NCBI GenBank assembly: GCA_030248215.1
Contig: JASANG010001546.1
Location: forward strand, 372,001 to 436,000
From: Enoplolaimus lenunculus
Lineage: Eukaryota
Length of the DNA stretch: 64,000 nucleotides
Direction of reading: 5' to 3'
Shown here: piece by piece, positions 12,588 to 27,103 of the stretch
Numbering within the stretch: position 1 is the first letter of the stretch
Layout: each line of letters opens with the position of its first letter
The notes under the pieces: generated by a model
What the model was told of the DNA's origin: nothing
The model's database searches: none
The model's input: only the letters and a program-made list of their open reading frames with translations
Translations under genes and position numbers: made by a program

Positions 12588-12878
12588 CAGGGTTCAATCG
12601 GAATTTCCATTCCGGATGACTGCTGTTCCGATGCCGAAATTCTGACATTTCGGTTATGAGTTTTTAATATGATTGAACTTAGATTTTGCTTGTTTCGTTT
12701 GATTTCGTTCATTTGCAATTATTCTGTTGGTTTTTTCTTTGTAAATATTCCGAGTTGTTACATATATTCCGTCAGCTATATAAACCTTGATTCCGATTCT
12801 GATTCCGGTTCCGACAGTTAAATTTGATTCCGATTCCGATTCCGGTTCCAACAAAATGTAGTTCCGGTTGGAACCCTG
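12588..12878 (-). mobile_element. hAT-like MITE with GGAATC repeats, copy 2 (inverted)
   Basis: CAGGGTTC ... GGAACCCTG; perfect TSD GCACAAGC; reverse complement of copy 1. Confidence 0.85.
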
Positions 12879-13822
12879 GCACAAGCGTACAACCCCCATT
12901 GTTCTGCTGTTCTCAGGAAACAAGTAAACTCTATAAACTTGTGTTTGGCGTTATTAATTTACTATAAAGTGTTTCTAGTGTTTACGTTCCACAAAAACTG
13001 TCTCATATGGCCGTTTGATTAATTTGTGCTAAGTTGGGTTTGAAATTAATAAACACTCGCAGTGGGGGTTCATGCGAAACTGTTGTTTTTCATTGTTGGC
13101 AATAACCCATGACCCGTTTTCATGGTTCAAACGCCATATGCAAAGTCTGTGTTGATAATGAACATTCACACAGGTATAATGTTTACCTGATTATATCCAA
13201 CGAATTCTAGTAGTCAAAATATAAAACGTTTGGCCTAATCTTAAACCAACTCTGACGATCTCTCAGTTTACGACTGCGTAAACCAAAAATTTGTTGCTGC
13301 TTCGAAAAAATGTTTATTAATAAATGTTATATTTACAAACAATTTGACTCCATCCTAGAAAATTTTCAATCTTGCTTGTAAGTCATCGACAACTCTTGTA
13401 TGCCGTTTTTGAAAAAAGGTTACCTCCACGCCAAGGTGACCTGGCTACAGGCCTGATTAAGCATTTAAAAGTCGTGGGCCAAAACTGTACCAGGCGGGCA
13501 GAACCCCTGGGCCGGTCCTTTCTTCAGCTGTCATCATCTGTCTTAACCAAAAACCCATCGGGTAGGTACTGACCAAAAGAACGTGGCTGCAATATTTACT
13601 AACGGAAATATGCAAACAAACCATATTTGATGAAATTAGGCAAAAAATATATTATCTTCGCAATACCATCAGATTAAACACTATGGATAGGGTAGAACCC
13701 ACTCGATATCAGGCATACAGGAAGGATGTTAGTGAGATATAAGGTTACCATTGTGTTTGAACTGTACAACTGTCGGTATAAAGTATTGGTTTTTTAGCCT
13801 TGAAATATACATTCAATAATTT

Positions 13823-14015
13823 GGCCCATGTAAAAGATCAGAGGCGGAACGTTTTTCTTCGGAACAGCAATCAGCTTAAGGTTTAAACTAATTTTTTGCT
13901 TTGCTTTATCTAAGGTTTAGTCTTAGGATTAGGAATTATGCTGATTCTTACGTTTTAGGCTTATGCTTAGGCTTAGGAATTATGCTCATTCTTACGTTTA
14001 GGCTTAGGCTTAGGC
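13823..14015 (+). mobile_element. Family A MITE, right TIR missing
   Basis: GGCCCATGTAAAAGATCAGAGGCGGAAC followed by a TTAGGC tract. Confidence 0.75.
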
Positions 14016-15123
14016 TTCTCATGATCTTCCCTGAACATTTCAAGGATACATTTGAAATTTTGAAAAATTCAATTCTTTTTTAAAGCCTCTGTCAAATAAT
14101 TGAATCGGCGCCTGGTACAACTGGAAGCGTAGAGTCGTATTCCGGCTCCGGCGCGGTGGGATTTGTGTCGTAGGTTCCGGCAATTTTGATAGTGAAATTT
14201 TTTTGTATAACCTTTGCCCTAAGTTTGTTTTAAACTTCGAATGAATTTTGGGAAGTTTTATTCTTTCTGAAAATAAAAGTTTGTGCCAAAACCTTTGTTG
14301 ATATTTCACTGAGTTGAATGTTAATTTAAATTCCCCTGTTTGCCATGAATCTTTAAAATTTAGCACATTTCTCGCACTTGATTGGTCTCAGTTCTGTGCA
14401 AACTTTGTGATTCAACCACTACAGAAGAAGTTAAATCAGTTTGAAAATGTATCGTTAACTGATGACTGGTGCTGTACACATTTGACAACGTGAACGCTAA
14501 TGCTCTAATCATACCATTAAACCATAGAATTCTACCCTCCAAAATTTGATTGAAATACAAAATATTAAGCTGTATTTTGTATGCGAACTCACATTTCAAC
14601 GAAACAGCAAAAACTATGATCTGTTGCCACAACCTACAGTAGACACCTAAGAGACTAAAAATAATTTTTTTGAAATCTCATTTGGGGATTTATATCCGAC
14701 AATATTAGCAGTTACATGAGGACTAATGTGAGTAAATGCGAGGACACATACTGTGTCCGACACACGCGAGAGTACACGCGAGTTGTGTTTATAGGCAAAA
14801 TGTTGGCTTTGATAATGAGTGTTTGGACGCGTGTTTGTTTCATACTGTGATTAAAATATGGAAAAAAACATTTTGCGTCATTATTGTTGGCAGGGTGAAA
14901 CCGAAGGTTAGAAATAACCAGAAATGGAGGTTAACAAATTTTACCGCAGCTAATGCTGAAATGAAATTAGGTAGTAAAAATGATGTTTAATTTACTAATT
15001 TTTACCATAATTTGCAGAAATTTGCCGCAATATTTTTTAGCTTTTTAAGTCTATTTTTATAATCACTTTTTTCCAGATGTAAATAATGTTTTGACATGAA
15101 TAATCTTTAAGGTTAAGAAATTG

Positions 15124-15266
15124 GGCCAATGTTACCTTTAGGCGCGTAACAGTAGATTAAGCGTATCCCTAAGCCTAAGCCTAAGCAAAAAATGTAATCT
15201 AGAATCTAAACCTACTCTTTTATAGACCCACCAGAAACCTGGACGCCCCTTAAAGTAACATAGGTC
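15124..15266 (-). mobile_element. Family B MITE
   Basis: Reverse-complement copy with GCCTAA repeats. Confidence 0.8.
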
Positions 15267-16132
15267 ACAATCTTTGTCGTTAATAAATTGTGTCAAAAAT
15301 AAAACACCATTTTATTTTAAACGGTTTTCGTGTTTCTACGGAAATTCTATCCCACGTTTGACTAAAAGTAATAATTCAGGTTCCAAGATAGACCCTCATT
15401 TTTCTTGTAAGCTAGCTAAGTCATATTCTAGAAACCTGGCAAATGAATCTCAGGTAAATGGGGGTATATAAACCGCGTGCAATCTGCATTTTGTGTCAGT
15501 CTGTGCAGCAAGGTGTTCCTGAGAAGCCTGGAGGTTGTTCAAATTTTTCAAAGTACTCAGTAGCAGCGTTGAGTAATTGCTCAGGAAGCACAAAACTGGC
15601 CTTTAAATATAAGTTACTGAGTTTCGGTCAAGCAAACATACTCAAACTGTTTCATAGCTGACAAATTCCTTAAATTTTAAGCAGTTTCAGATCTGGTTTT
15701 CCTACTAAAACTCTGACTTATAAACCACGTTAAATACTCAAGGTATTTAGACGCGGTTTTGGCCAATAAACACCAAATGGTTGCAGTTTGAAAATTTGGC
15801 TGAATAAATGTCACACCAAATCAGACAGTTTTGGCTTTGAGTCTTCGACCTGGTTTCTGTGTTCAGTTCAACGGTTGATTATACTGTTTTTTAAATGAGA
15901 GTTTAATCTATAAAACTCTGAACATTGGTCTAATGAAATCTATTTTAGTTGGATTTTATTGAAAATATCACGCATTGAACTCCTGTTAAGAGTATTTGGT
16001 AGTTTATACTTAACAGAGTACAGCTGGAGGTAAGTTTGCCTCCGGATCTAAGATTTTTGGCATCCAGTTATACCCTGATATATGCTTAAGATGAAAATCA
16101 ATACTTTTACTATGGTTTTAGGTCAAAGTACT

Positions 16133-16279
16133 GGCCCATGTAAAGATCAGGGGCGGAACGTTTTTCTGTGGGACTAGAATACAGAAAGCTTAAGGTTCAG
16201 ACTAATTTTTTGCCTGGCTTAGGCTTAGGCTCAATACTATGCTTATAATACGATTTCGCCCCTGTTCTTAACATTGGCA
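16133..16279 (+). mobile_element. Family A MITE
   Basis: Both TIRs present, short TTAGGC tract. Confidence 0.8.
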
Positions 16280-16675
16280 AAACTAACTTACAGAGCCGAT
16301 ATTGTAAAATTATAGAAAATTAGTGATTATAATACAAAAAATTAGCAACTCAAAATGCATTTACGCCTAAAATTACAACAATTTTTCAAATCTTTTTTAA
16401 AATTTGTTCTGATTTGTTGTTTGGCGATCGGAAAGTGGACAAAAGCCTAAATTTCTAAAATGAAATTTTTACATTTTCTGTGTTTAATTTTCAAACAACA
16501 ACCTATTCGCAATGGATATATATTCCTGTATGGGTTTTTTGGTATTCCAGCTCAACGTCAATGATTAACCAATCATATTTTAAGTATCGAACTGACATAT
16601 AAAACATAATCAGCTAAATTTAAAAATAGCTGGCCCTAAAAACTAAACTTCAAAGCAACTGCGTGGACGTTAAGC

Positions 16676-16937
16676 ATGTATCGTTTAACAAAATCCCTAC
16701 CCATGACCGATTATTCAGTCCAATGCTCATCGAGCCACTGCGGCCTTTGGCAGTCCTTAAAAATCAGGACTTTTTCGGCAGACGGCGGTAACGTTCAATC
16801 CTTAATGTCGGCCTTTTTGAGTTGGATTGTTATTTTGATTCGATTAACGTTTCGGGCGGTATTGTGCGTTGAGTCAAGTGCGACCCTGGTATCAATGATG
16901 ATGCTGTTACATCCTGTCGCTGCCGGATATTATCGAC
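16676..16937 (+). CDS. Candidate alternative first coding exon 1a of the ODR-2-like gene (ATG at 16676 or 16805)
   Basis: Hydrophobic MSAFLSWIVILIRLTFRAVLC...MMMLLHPVAAG; phase-1 donor C|GTAAGT at 16938 gives ...AGYYR-H-TTKCYSC when joined to 49073. Confidence 0.55.
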
Positions 16938-17419
16938 GTAAGTTTTGTTTCATTTTTATTTGTCGTAACACCAATCTGCTATTCAGACCAATTACTAACT
17001 GATGTAAGAAAATCAGCATTTTTGTGTTTATAACAGGCATAACTGCTACACAAAATGCAAAATATGTCACAAATTCCTATTTTAAGACAACCGACAACGT
17101 TTGCAGGTTAAAAATCGCGTTCCTATCCACATTCATGTGTATATAATTTTACTTTTTTTAAAATTTCACAACAGAACTGAAATTTTCAAAACAAAACAGT
17201 GTTTGCTGCCCGTAACGCCTTGTTGCACTACCAGTGCTGTGTGAACCAATTATTTTGATTAATTGCAAAATGGCAACACATTGCGTGGGTTTTAATCAGA
17301 CGACGGCTAAAATGAAATCCCTCACCAGTCGATGGGTTAAAATGTTTCAATTTGACTCAAACTTTGTTTCGGTATTAAATAGTATATAAAACGTTCAAAT
17401 ACGACTATGCGAAACAATT

Positions 17420-17660
17420 TTATATATAACATATTATATATATACATATATATGTATATATATACATATATATGTATATATATGTATGGGTGCAACCGGC
17501 GGTGAATAATGCCGGAGCCGGAGATCAACGAAGCTTGCCGAAGCCGAAGGTGAGGCGAAATTAGGTAGTATAAATGATGGTTAATTAGTTAATTTTAGCC
17601 AATACCTGCAATATGTTGTTCGGAGCCGGAGGCAGACCTCCGGTTGTACCCTGATATATA
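17420..17660. repeat. (TA/CA)n microsatellite with an adjacent GGGTGCAACCGG-ended MITE
   Basis: GGGTGCAACCGG at ~17488 and CCGGTTGTACCC at ~17640; similar element at ~63128-63230. Confidence 0.6.
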
Positions 17661-19135
17661 TTATGACATATGGTTACAAAAATAGCCAGGCTATACTTCT
17701 GATATATACCGGTATATGTGCACATGAGCACATGTATGACAATCTTTTGGCTTTGCATACACTTTACCGCGTAATAAAGATACCGACAATTTTTGTATCA
17801 AAAGCTTCGTGCAACTGCGTTAAGTTTATGATTTATTCGTTGGTTTGTTTGAAAACCTGCCGCTAACTGATGATGTACTTATTTTGTTCCAAACCATACT
17901 TAAAATGAACCGATTTGAATTTGAGAATTTTATACATTGGGATACACAGCCCGTATTATAAAATGTGTGTAGCATCGATCACCAGTCGGTGTTAAGTTTT
18001 GTAACTTTCGAACCAGAGAATGGGGAGGTTTAAAATTCAGCACATTTATTGCATTCGATTAATTTTGAGATCAACAACTGCAGCAGTTCGTTAGTTTGAA
18101 AATCTATCGCTAACTGGTGGTGGGTGCTATATGCATTTGAGAATATGAGCCATAGATGATAGAAAATTGTTATTGTATATACTTGAGTAATTCTAATATG
18201 ATTACAAGCGTTGCGTGGACTTTAATGACGTCCTGGGTGAGAAAATATATTTTCACTGTACAATTTCGGAACCTAATTATGAAATGTGGCTTTTTGATCA
18301 CGCAATAATCTCAAAAAACCCTGTATAAAAGTTTAAATTTTTGAAACATTTGGATTTTGAAATTTGAAATTCATAAAGTGTTTTTATTCGTTCGGTCTTC
18401 GGTTCCGAATTTTGGTAGTCTGCCAGCAGTAAGTTGACGTTTGTAGAGCGTGCGTCAAACTGAAATTGTTACGTCAACATTTTGTTTACATGAGACAATG
18501 ACGTATGAGGGTGATGTTTTTTCAAGGGGGGTCAAACCGGTCCATAGAAGTTTCGTCATGGCTGGGTTCGGAATGGAATTGGTTTTTTGACAGAAAATTA
18601 AGGTCCTTATAAGTTACATTAAAAGCCTTTTGATAGAAACGAGCAACAAGCTAGCGCATTTTTTACTTTTAAGTTGTAAATTCGAACATAAAACTTTTAG
18701 TTTTAGTGGATTTGCAGGGGTGTCAGCGATATCCCTAAATTTTCTAGGGGTATCGAATGATACCCCCAGATACCGATGTTTTGCGCGAGCGTAGACTTGA
18801 TTTTTTTCGTTGGGTTAAAACTGAAACATTGTGGCCCAAAGCAGAAGAGATTAAAACGAGCTTACAGCAAGCTTGCAGTTAACACCATTTGGTTCAGGGC
18901 CACAAACTGCGTCAAATTATATACAATTTGTCCTACTTTTTGGCAAAATTTGTGGGATCTCAAAAGAGAACCTTGAGACCTTAAAAATCGAATTTTTCAA
19001 GAATACAAATTTTGGCGTAAATAATCATGTGAGATCATGAGAAGTTCAAATATGCAAAAAAAAATTTATAATCGAACCATCGTTGAGTAAACTCCGGATG
19101 GATAATAACCAAAACGTATCGGAGTTTACTTCATA

Positions 19136-19472
19136 TAACAAGAGTTGATGATCACTCTTTATAACAAGAGTGTGCAACTGGGTACATTCTGTGTATTAAA
19201 GAATGTACCTGTCACGCGTTGCGTTTTGGGCCTACCCCCCTTGTTTAGGGGGGTCTGTATGCATTTTTATATCGTAGTAATGCTAGGAGCAAATTGTAAC
19301 CCCCCTTTTTTAAGGGGGTAGGTGTACTGAAGCATACTGTTAATCTCTTGCTTAAAGCTCCCATGATTGAGGGGGGTCGAACAAAACTGCAACGCGTGCT
19401 GGTACATTCTTTAATGCGCAGAATGTCCCAGTTGCACAATCTTGTTATAAAGTGTGATCATCCACTCTTGAT
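19136..19472. mobile_element. Foldback repeat, family G (double inverted ends)
   Basis: Outer ACAAGAGTTGATGATCAC / GTGATCATCCACTCTTG and inner AACAAGAGTGTGCAACTGGG / CCCAGTTGCACAATCTTGTT. Confidence 0.75.
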
Positions 19473-22400
19473 ATAATAATGCAGGTAGCGAATGTTTTAG
19501 AAAAGTTTAGATTCAAAAGTTCCTGAGATTTAATTTTCTATTTTTACAGCAGTTTCAAAATTTGCTGCTGACTGTGGGGTCGTGTTACTGTTTGTCTCAC
19601 CGACTTAAAAGATTCGTATCAGATCAGATTTCCGCCGGCTGTCTAATCAGCGAACATTAAATAAAATACAAAAAAAATGCCAAAACCAACTCACAAAACC
19701 AACGTCGGCGTAGTCGAAATCATATTTTTTGGGTTATTAAATTTCTCAAATTTTCTAAATTTTTTCTGTCTGTAAAGACCAGATGAATAATTGTAAATTT
19801 GTCGAATTCAGGCAACGAAATAACGCTATTCTATGTTTTTGTTGGTCAGGAGCGAATAGAACATCAGGGATACATGGGAATTTGTCCCGTTCCGATATTC
19901 TATCACAGATCAGACTGCAAACTGACAGTAAAGGTCAATGAAAATTTCTCGCTCGCTACACTCGTTCGCAAAACACCGTTTTGCATGAAACTTCTTAGAT
20001 GAAATTCTGGCTAAGCCGCTGTTTTCAGTATCCAAACCGATTCATATCATGAGCTTTGTCGGTTCTGCCGAATCTTATAAATCTAATCAAACTACAAATT
20101 TCACCAACCTGGTATGTTTTTAACCAGTTTGGTTTAGGTTCGTTTATTTCTGGTTGGTTTATTTTTTTTTTTGCAATCCTACTTTTAACCCAGTTCACAT
20201 AGGATGAACTGAGGCACAAACGTATTTTTGAAACCCCCCATAGAACTTTGTTGCTCATTTCATCATTGCCGTTGCATGCTATGGTAGGGACCCCCGAAAA
20301 AATTCTGGGGTGGGAGACCATTGCTTTTGATCAAAATAGGTTTCAAATTTTTAAATTTTATTAGGGTTAGCGACCCTCTTTGGGTTGTGGCCCCCAAATA
20401 GGAGGTATGAGGGGTGGTTGCTGCGGTCCTGCATCTCGTGGAGTAAAAAACTGCGATACATTGGGCCAAAGTATGAAACGGGTCCCGAACATAAATGCTC
20501 AGGTGTAAGCTTAATCTAAACCTAAGTATGTAAACGCAAGCCTACCGCTTACGTGAATATGGCTAAACAGTTTTGATTTTTTAAATGATTTTGCTTCAGA
20601 TCGGAATTTCATGTATCAATCAGTATAATTTGGGATAAATTGTTGTTTTATTGCTCAACCTCATATAATTTCAACGACAAATTTAAAATTTTTCTGAACT
20701 AACAAAACTCTTTAGATTTCTTAGTTGAGCAAGACAGTGATTGGTTACTCACAGCGCAATCGCTACCGTCACCCGATGCCCTTGGGTGAGAACCGAACAC
20801 CAAGGACTCGGCAAACTCGATGTACCATGCGAGTTCCAAAAACCTTCCTTTGCCGCAATTCAAATTGACCGTTGAGTTTATTCACGGCTGTTTGGCTTTC
20901 CGCTCGCGATTTTTGTTCCGCCCTGTTTTCGCTGTTGGGCCACTGGTTGATACCTTACAAGGGCGGAGCAATATGGCATGCGGGCACTCTCGGGTATATA
21001 TGTCGCCGCCGTGATTACATACGTTTGAACCGATCATTGTTTTATAAGCGAGAGTATATTTTTCCATACTTCAAATATAAAAGATAGCTGGCAATGGGTA
21101 AGATATATTATATTCCGCCATACATATTTAACTATAATCTTGATGGCCAAGGTCATATGGGAAACTTCAACTCTAAAGTTGTTGGTTTAATAAACATGTA
21201 GCAGGTTTAAGGTGATTGGTTGATTTTCTGGTTTAAAAATGTATTTGGTTTAGGTTCGTTTGTTGTTAAACTTATGCTGGTTTATGAATTTTATGGTTAC
21301 GCAATAGCACTTTTTTATCACCCAATGAGAAAGCGGCGGCAATAAATTTAGTGAACTTGCATGGTTATTAACACATGTGAACTAAGTGCATAGCTATGGT
21401 TTTTAATGAATTATTTGTAAACGCTAATTGGTCCAGTTGGAATTTAGACCACCCAGAAAAATGACAAAATATTGATTTTTTAATAATTGTTACAGGTCAT
21501 GCATGCGGATGGTGGAACGTCCCGAAATGCCTCTGATAAAAAGGCCAGCGAGCTTTTATTCAAAAGAAGTGACATCACAGAAGTGTCTGTTATGATGATT
21601 CGGCCAGCGAACCCACTCCACTTACTGCCCCCTCTAAGTTTTTTAACAAAATGGATAGCAAATTTTACATCGCTTATACCAAGCGTGCATGATACTCCTT
21701 AACTAGAGTATGCAACTGGGTACATTCTATGTAGAAAAAAATGTACCCAGTGCACAGTTTTTGAGTTTTTAAAATATTTCAATTTCGAAAGAAAAAAATT
21801 TGCTAAAAAGTTACACAACATTTTTCGCAGTGTGCAATGCTTAGTCGAATGGTGCTAAATTTTGCTTTATCAGACAATTGACTCTTAAGTTATGGTTGAA
21901 GTTATAGGGATCTTGCTCAATTTACCGAGAAATCTGTTGAGTTCAACTTAATGCTGGCATTCTTCTTCACAGCTACGTCCATATTCTCAAATGCATATAG
22001 CACCTATCACCAGTTAGTAATACGGTTTCAAACTAACGAACTGCTGCAATTACACATATCAAACTTTGCACAGAAGTAGAGTTAATCGAATCCAACAAAT
22101 TTACCGAATTTTAAACCTCATTATTCGCTGGTTCGCAAGTTACAAAACCTAACACAAACTGGTAATAGGAGCTACACATACATAAGAATACGGGCTTTAA
22201 AAGCTAGAAATACTAACTACAAGTATGACCAGAGATGGGATTGGGCGTTTTCCTCATAGGACGGCACAAGTTGGGCGGCCCCACGCGGTATGCCGCCCGA
22301 TAGGGGCCAAAATAATCAAGCGATAGCTGCTTAAAATTTTTATTCTTCATAACATTTTCCTCCTGGTGCGCGTTTTTGTACATATTTCGCTAGAAAACAC

Positions 22401-23844
22401 ATTGTGAGCCTTCAGACGAACTTCAAAATTTATAGCAGAACAGAGTTGGATGGCAACAATGTGTCCTGCGATCACTCTGGATTCGCCATAATACACAATT
22501 TAATAGACTTTGGTTGTTATTTCGTTGTTTGTATTTATTAATGGTTCAGTTTGAGTCGTGTAAATATGATGAATTTGAAGTCCTATGAGAATCCACCGTA
22601 GTGACAGTTTGACCAATCAACTGCTGGCAAACATAATATTGAGCGTGAAAATTTTTAAATTTAAGTTTCAAAATCATTTGTGTTAAAGTACGTCACGACC
22701 ACACAGTGTTGCCCGTGGCCAATGTGGGTGCTCAGACCCTCCCTGGACAAATTTTGCCCCCCCCCCCCAGAGAATTTTCAACCTTGTTTGTAAAGTCAAC
22801 GAAAACCCTTGTATGCCTCTGTTGAAACGTTTTTAGCTCGTCTTGATACGAAGATGAGCTGGCTACGCGATTGACGCACAGCTCGGATTTATATGGATTA
22901 AGCCTTGCCAAACGGGATCGGATACGACATTGTACTGACACTAAAATTTTGTATTAAGATTTAGTTGCTTAATTGCGTTTAGCTTCTCGATCGCTTTGCT
23001 CGCTCAGCTTTTCCCACTGCGCAAGCCGACAATATTCACCCCTATTCCTGATTAGAGCCAGGATTTTCCAAAACGATTGCGTTATAAACCTTTGGAATTG
23101 GCCGTTATTAAAAATTTCAAAATGGAAGGATGTGGGGAGGTGGGTTGTAGGAACCCTTAAACCCCTGTAGCATCATCTTGGCGTGAAGGTTGCAACAAAA
23201 CTTAATATACGTGACCAAAATATATGCTTATCACCACAACTTAATTTGTCACATCATGAATTTGTTCTGCTTCTTGTGCCAGTTGATTGAAAATGAAACC
23301 TAGAAAAACGTTGTGTTTACCAGTTTACAGGTTTAAATTTGGTCAACCTCAAACGACCGACTCGCGTTTGTCAGGTTATAAACTCAAGTGACACTTATGA
23401 TAATTGAATTATGGAAAATTAATATTCGTTTAAATTGTTTCGCAGGGATATTTTTGCATCGTTTTAAACTTCTTATGTTCTGTGCAGTTTCGTAACTTAT
23501 AAATTTTGAAAATAAATTCGCTTTGAAGAGATTTTACTTTAAATTTCAAACGGGGCTTTTGCGTTGATAAGTAGTTGGTTCGGGTTATTTAGATAGGGTG
23601 GAGTTAACCAGTTCAGAGGTTAGCAGCCACTACGCCCGCTATGGGTGGTCTCGACTTCATAGGGAACTCAGTCCAATTGGAATCTACAAATATTTAGACA
23701 GACTTGTAAAGTACGAAGTAAAATTCCGAAAGTTTCAATTATCTTCAGACGCTTGAAAAAGCACGAAATTTGTACATATACACAAATTTTCGAAATAATT
23801 AGGCTAAATAACCATTGTAAACTATAGAGGCGGGCCTATTAAGC

Positions 23845-24065
23845 ATAAGGCTAAACCTAAACCGGAGTCTACACCTAATGCTAACGTTAGACGTAAGCCA
23901 AATCCTTAGCCATATGTTTAAGCCTAAGTCTATGCCTAATAATAACGTTAGACGTAAGCCTAATCTTTAGCCTAATGTTTAAGCCTAAGTCTATGCCTAA
24001 TACTAAGGCTAGACGTCAGCCTAATCCTTAGCCTAAAGCTTAAACCTAAGTCTATGCTTAAGCTT
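23845..24065. repeat. 61-bp higher-order repeat of degenerate GCCTAA hexamers, about 3 copies
   Basis: GACGT(A/C)AGCC at 23890, 23951 and 24012. Confidence 0.85.
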
Positions 24066-26902
24066 CCTTATTTTTAAATTCATCAGTCCCCCAGTCTCCG
24101 ACTGACAGGCCTTTATGCGCGCGTGCAAGACACAGCTTCGGTGGTGGAATTTGTTGTTGTTTTGGACAAATAGACATCACCATAAAAGCCACGTAGTTGC
24201 TACACGAAAGTAGATCCTCAAAGGGGGTCGTCTAACTTATCCCTGGTAAAGGATGTTAAGTATGTCCATATTGCTAAAAAGTCATATCATTAATTCCAAA
24301 AAACTGATACCAAACCGTACAGATTGGACCTACTATTACACATCAACCCCCCCTGCCAATCTTTAAGCTCGTCCCTCTGTTTCCGATTTCATATTACATT
24401 ATTATCAGTGTAACCTACTTTTAGAAATAATGGTACTAAATATACAGTATTTTCTTGATTCAAAGCCTAATAACCAGGAGGTTAAACAAAGGCAGTGCTT
24501 TAGAAACTCCTTTTTGGCTTCACTCTTACCAGTAGAATCCCTTCGACTTTGGCTAATTCTCGCCAGGATTTTGCCCGAACACAACGGATGCATTTTGTTC
24601 CGAAATTTCTACAGAGGTATCAAAAGCACATTTGACTTATAAGACAATTTTACTAATTTTAGAGTTGGAAAAAAATTTTTTACATGAAGTTACACCCTTC
24701 TGAACTGAAATCTTAGCTACGCCTTTTCCAATAAGCTGAATAGTTCCCCGTAATGGCTTGGATACTGAATTAAATACCTTTAAGCTGTAACATGAACAGT
24801 TTTTGGTTAAGAATTAAATTCGGAAAAACAAAACGTCAAAATGTCAATAATATCTTACAGTTTCCGTTTCCGGTTCAAATATCTTAAAACCTGTTTGAAC
24901 AAAGAACAAAACCGAAAGCGCCGGCATAATTTGAAAATACATTACTTAAATATCATTTCAAGCTTATTTTGAGTTGTAAATGAACATTAATTTCGGTTAT
25001 TTTCGAATATTTTTGGAAAGATAGAACCGGGCGCGTAACCATAGAGGGATCCGGAAGGACTCTGTCCGTCTGCCCGGAACAATTTTACGCTCTCCCTGTA
25101 GAAAATTTTTAACCTTGATTGCAAGTCAACGAAATGCCTTGTATGCCCCTCCTGAAACACGTTTTACCCTCACCCCCTCTAGCAAGGTGAGCTGGCTTCG
25201 GGTCTGGATAGAACATAAAGATACAATTTTTGATCAAATTCGTACTATTTCAATCAAAAAAATTTTAAGAAAGAATTATTTGATTTCAGTCATTTTTGGT
25301 TAAATTTTTTAATCATATTTGATAAATTACAGTTTGATTTTGAGTAAAATACCGTTTGGGCTTAGAACGAGCCAGCACTTTGCTTAGCAACGCGAAACTG
25401 TCAATATTCCTAAATTGCACCATTTTCGAAACAATAAAATTTGTTAAATATTTGCCAAAAAATATGGCTAAAGACAGCAATTAAAACTGTTTCCATTCAG
25501 TTCAACAGTTACACTTTAAGTTTCAAAGGTTTCAGATACCCAGCCATTGTTATTGAACTAAACGTTTAACATAATCCTATTAATAGGACTAAATTGGGAA
25601 CAATAAGTGTTTGTTGGTCGTTTTGGGTAAACTTTTTAATTTAAATTTATATAATGGACCAGTAAAACCTGTTATAAGGTATAACCCGTTTTAAATTCAA
25701 ATATTTGTTCCACTCAATTTAAACGTGTTACCTAATTTTTTGAAGCTAAAAACCTATTAAAGTATGTATTTAGCATTGTTCAATTGCCTATTGTCAAGTT
25801 AAATTAAACGTTTTTACTTTTAACTGAGAGACACAGATGCTAGTTTTTGAACGCTTAACCTCAGGAGCAATGCTAAGTTTTAAAATCAACGACACAGTGG
25901 CGGATCCAGAAATTTTTTGACTAAGCGCACGCGATGTATAATAGTGAATAAATTTTGAGATCAAAGCGAACAGTAAAAGTTTCGCTGTAATGAGGAGAGG
26001 GGTGTAGATTTAATGTTACCCATGACATTTTGGGACAGGCACAAAAATTGCATCTTAAACGGGTTTTAAACAAGCTTGTGGCTCATAGAAGCCTAACCTT
26101 TTTATTTACCTGAGGTTATGGTGTCCGAAACGAAAGTCCTCACAACGCCTCTGCATACGAAATAAGATATTGTATATATATAAGCAATTTGGACATTCCT
26201 CAAGGTCCTAATTAGGGAGCAAGTTCCCGTTAAGCGTTCATAAAGTGCAGTTGCTTTTTTAATAAACTGCAGAGCGCCAGACCGTCAAAATTCTCCGGCA
26301 AATTTTGAACGAACAAAAATTTCCAAATAAAATCACAAAATTTAATTTTGAATTTGCGTTGAAACCACAGATGATAGTAAAAAATAACCAAATGACTCGC
26401 GTCGGCATTCGTTCATTTGTCAAGCAAATTTTAATAAGAATGAGCACCCGGTGCATAAGGATGAAGATGAATTCTTTAGTGAATAATAAGCAACTTTTAA
26501 TGAAATTAGAACATTTTGTTGGTGTTGCATATTTTTCAAATTTTTATTCACAGAATCACAACAGAAAACTTCACCTGAAAAGCTACAATGCCACCTATCC
26601 GCATACTACTCAGCAGTAGCTTAGATGTATTACCATCTGCTTAGAGATTAGCTATTTTTTGCCAAATCAGACTATATTAATGTTTTTAGTCGGCTTAAAT
26701 GTTTTTTCTGCTAATATATAATACAGTTTTATATTAATGAACAACGTGTTTACTGCAGAATTTTGTCTGACGTAAATTAGCTTAACGTATTTAGTGACGC
26801 CAAAGACTTGGGTTGTAGAAATAATTTCATTTCGGAACCTTGATTTATAAGGTTTTTGTGCGAGCGAGCGTAGCGAACGAAATTGTTTTAATTATTGAAT
26901 TA

Positions 26903-27103
26903 ACTGCAAAAATAGTGAGTCAAATTGACTCTCTCCGAAATACTTAGGCTTCTTGGGAATACACAAACTAAGTCAAATTCGACTCAATGAGCGAGTAGGG
27001 CGAATAAAATTTCTCTCTGGCAGAGTCCAATTTAACTCAGTTTGTGTAGTCCGGAAAAGCCTATTTCACAGCGAGTGAATTTGACTCACCATTTTTCGCA
27101 GTG
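26903..27103. mobile_element. CACTG MITE, family E
   Basis: ACTGCAAAAATAGTGAGTCAAAT ... ATTTGACTCACCATTTTTCGCAGTG. Confidence 0.8.

Noticed and set aside
20776..21087. GC-richer segment with overlapping short ORFs
   Set aside because: In-frame stops and no recognisable protein; at most a UTR or regulatory region
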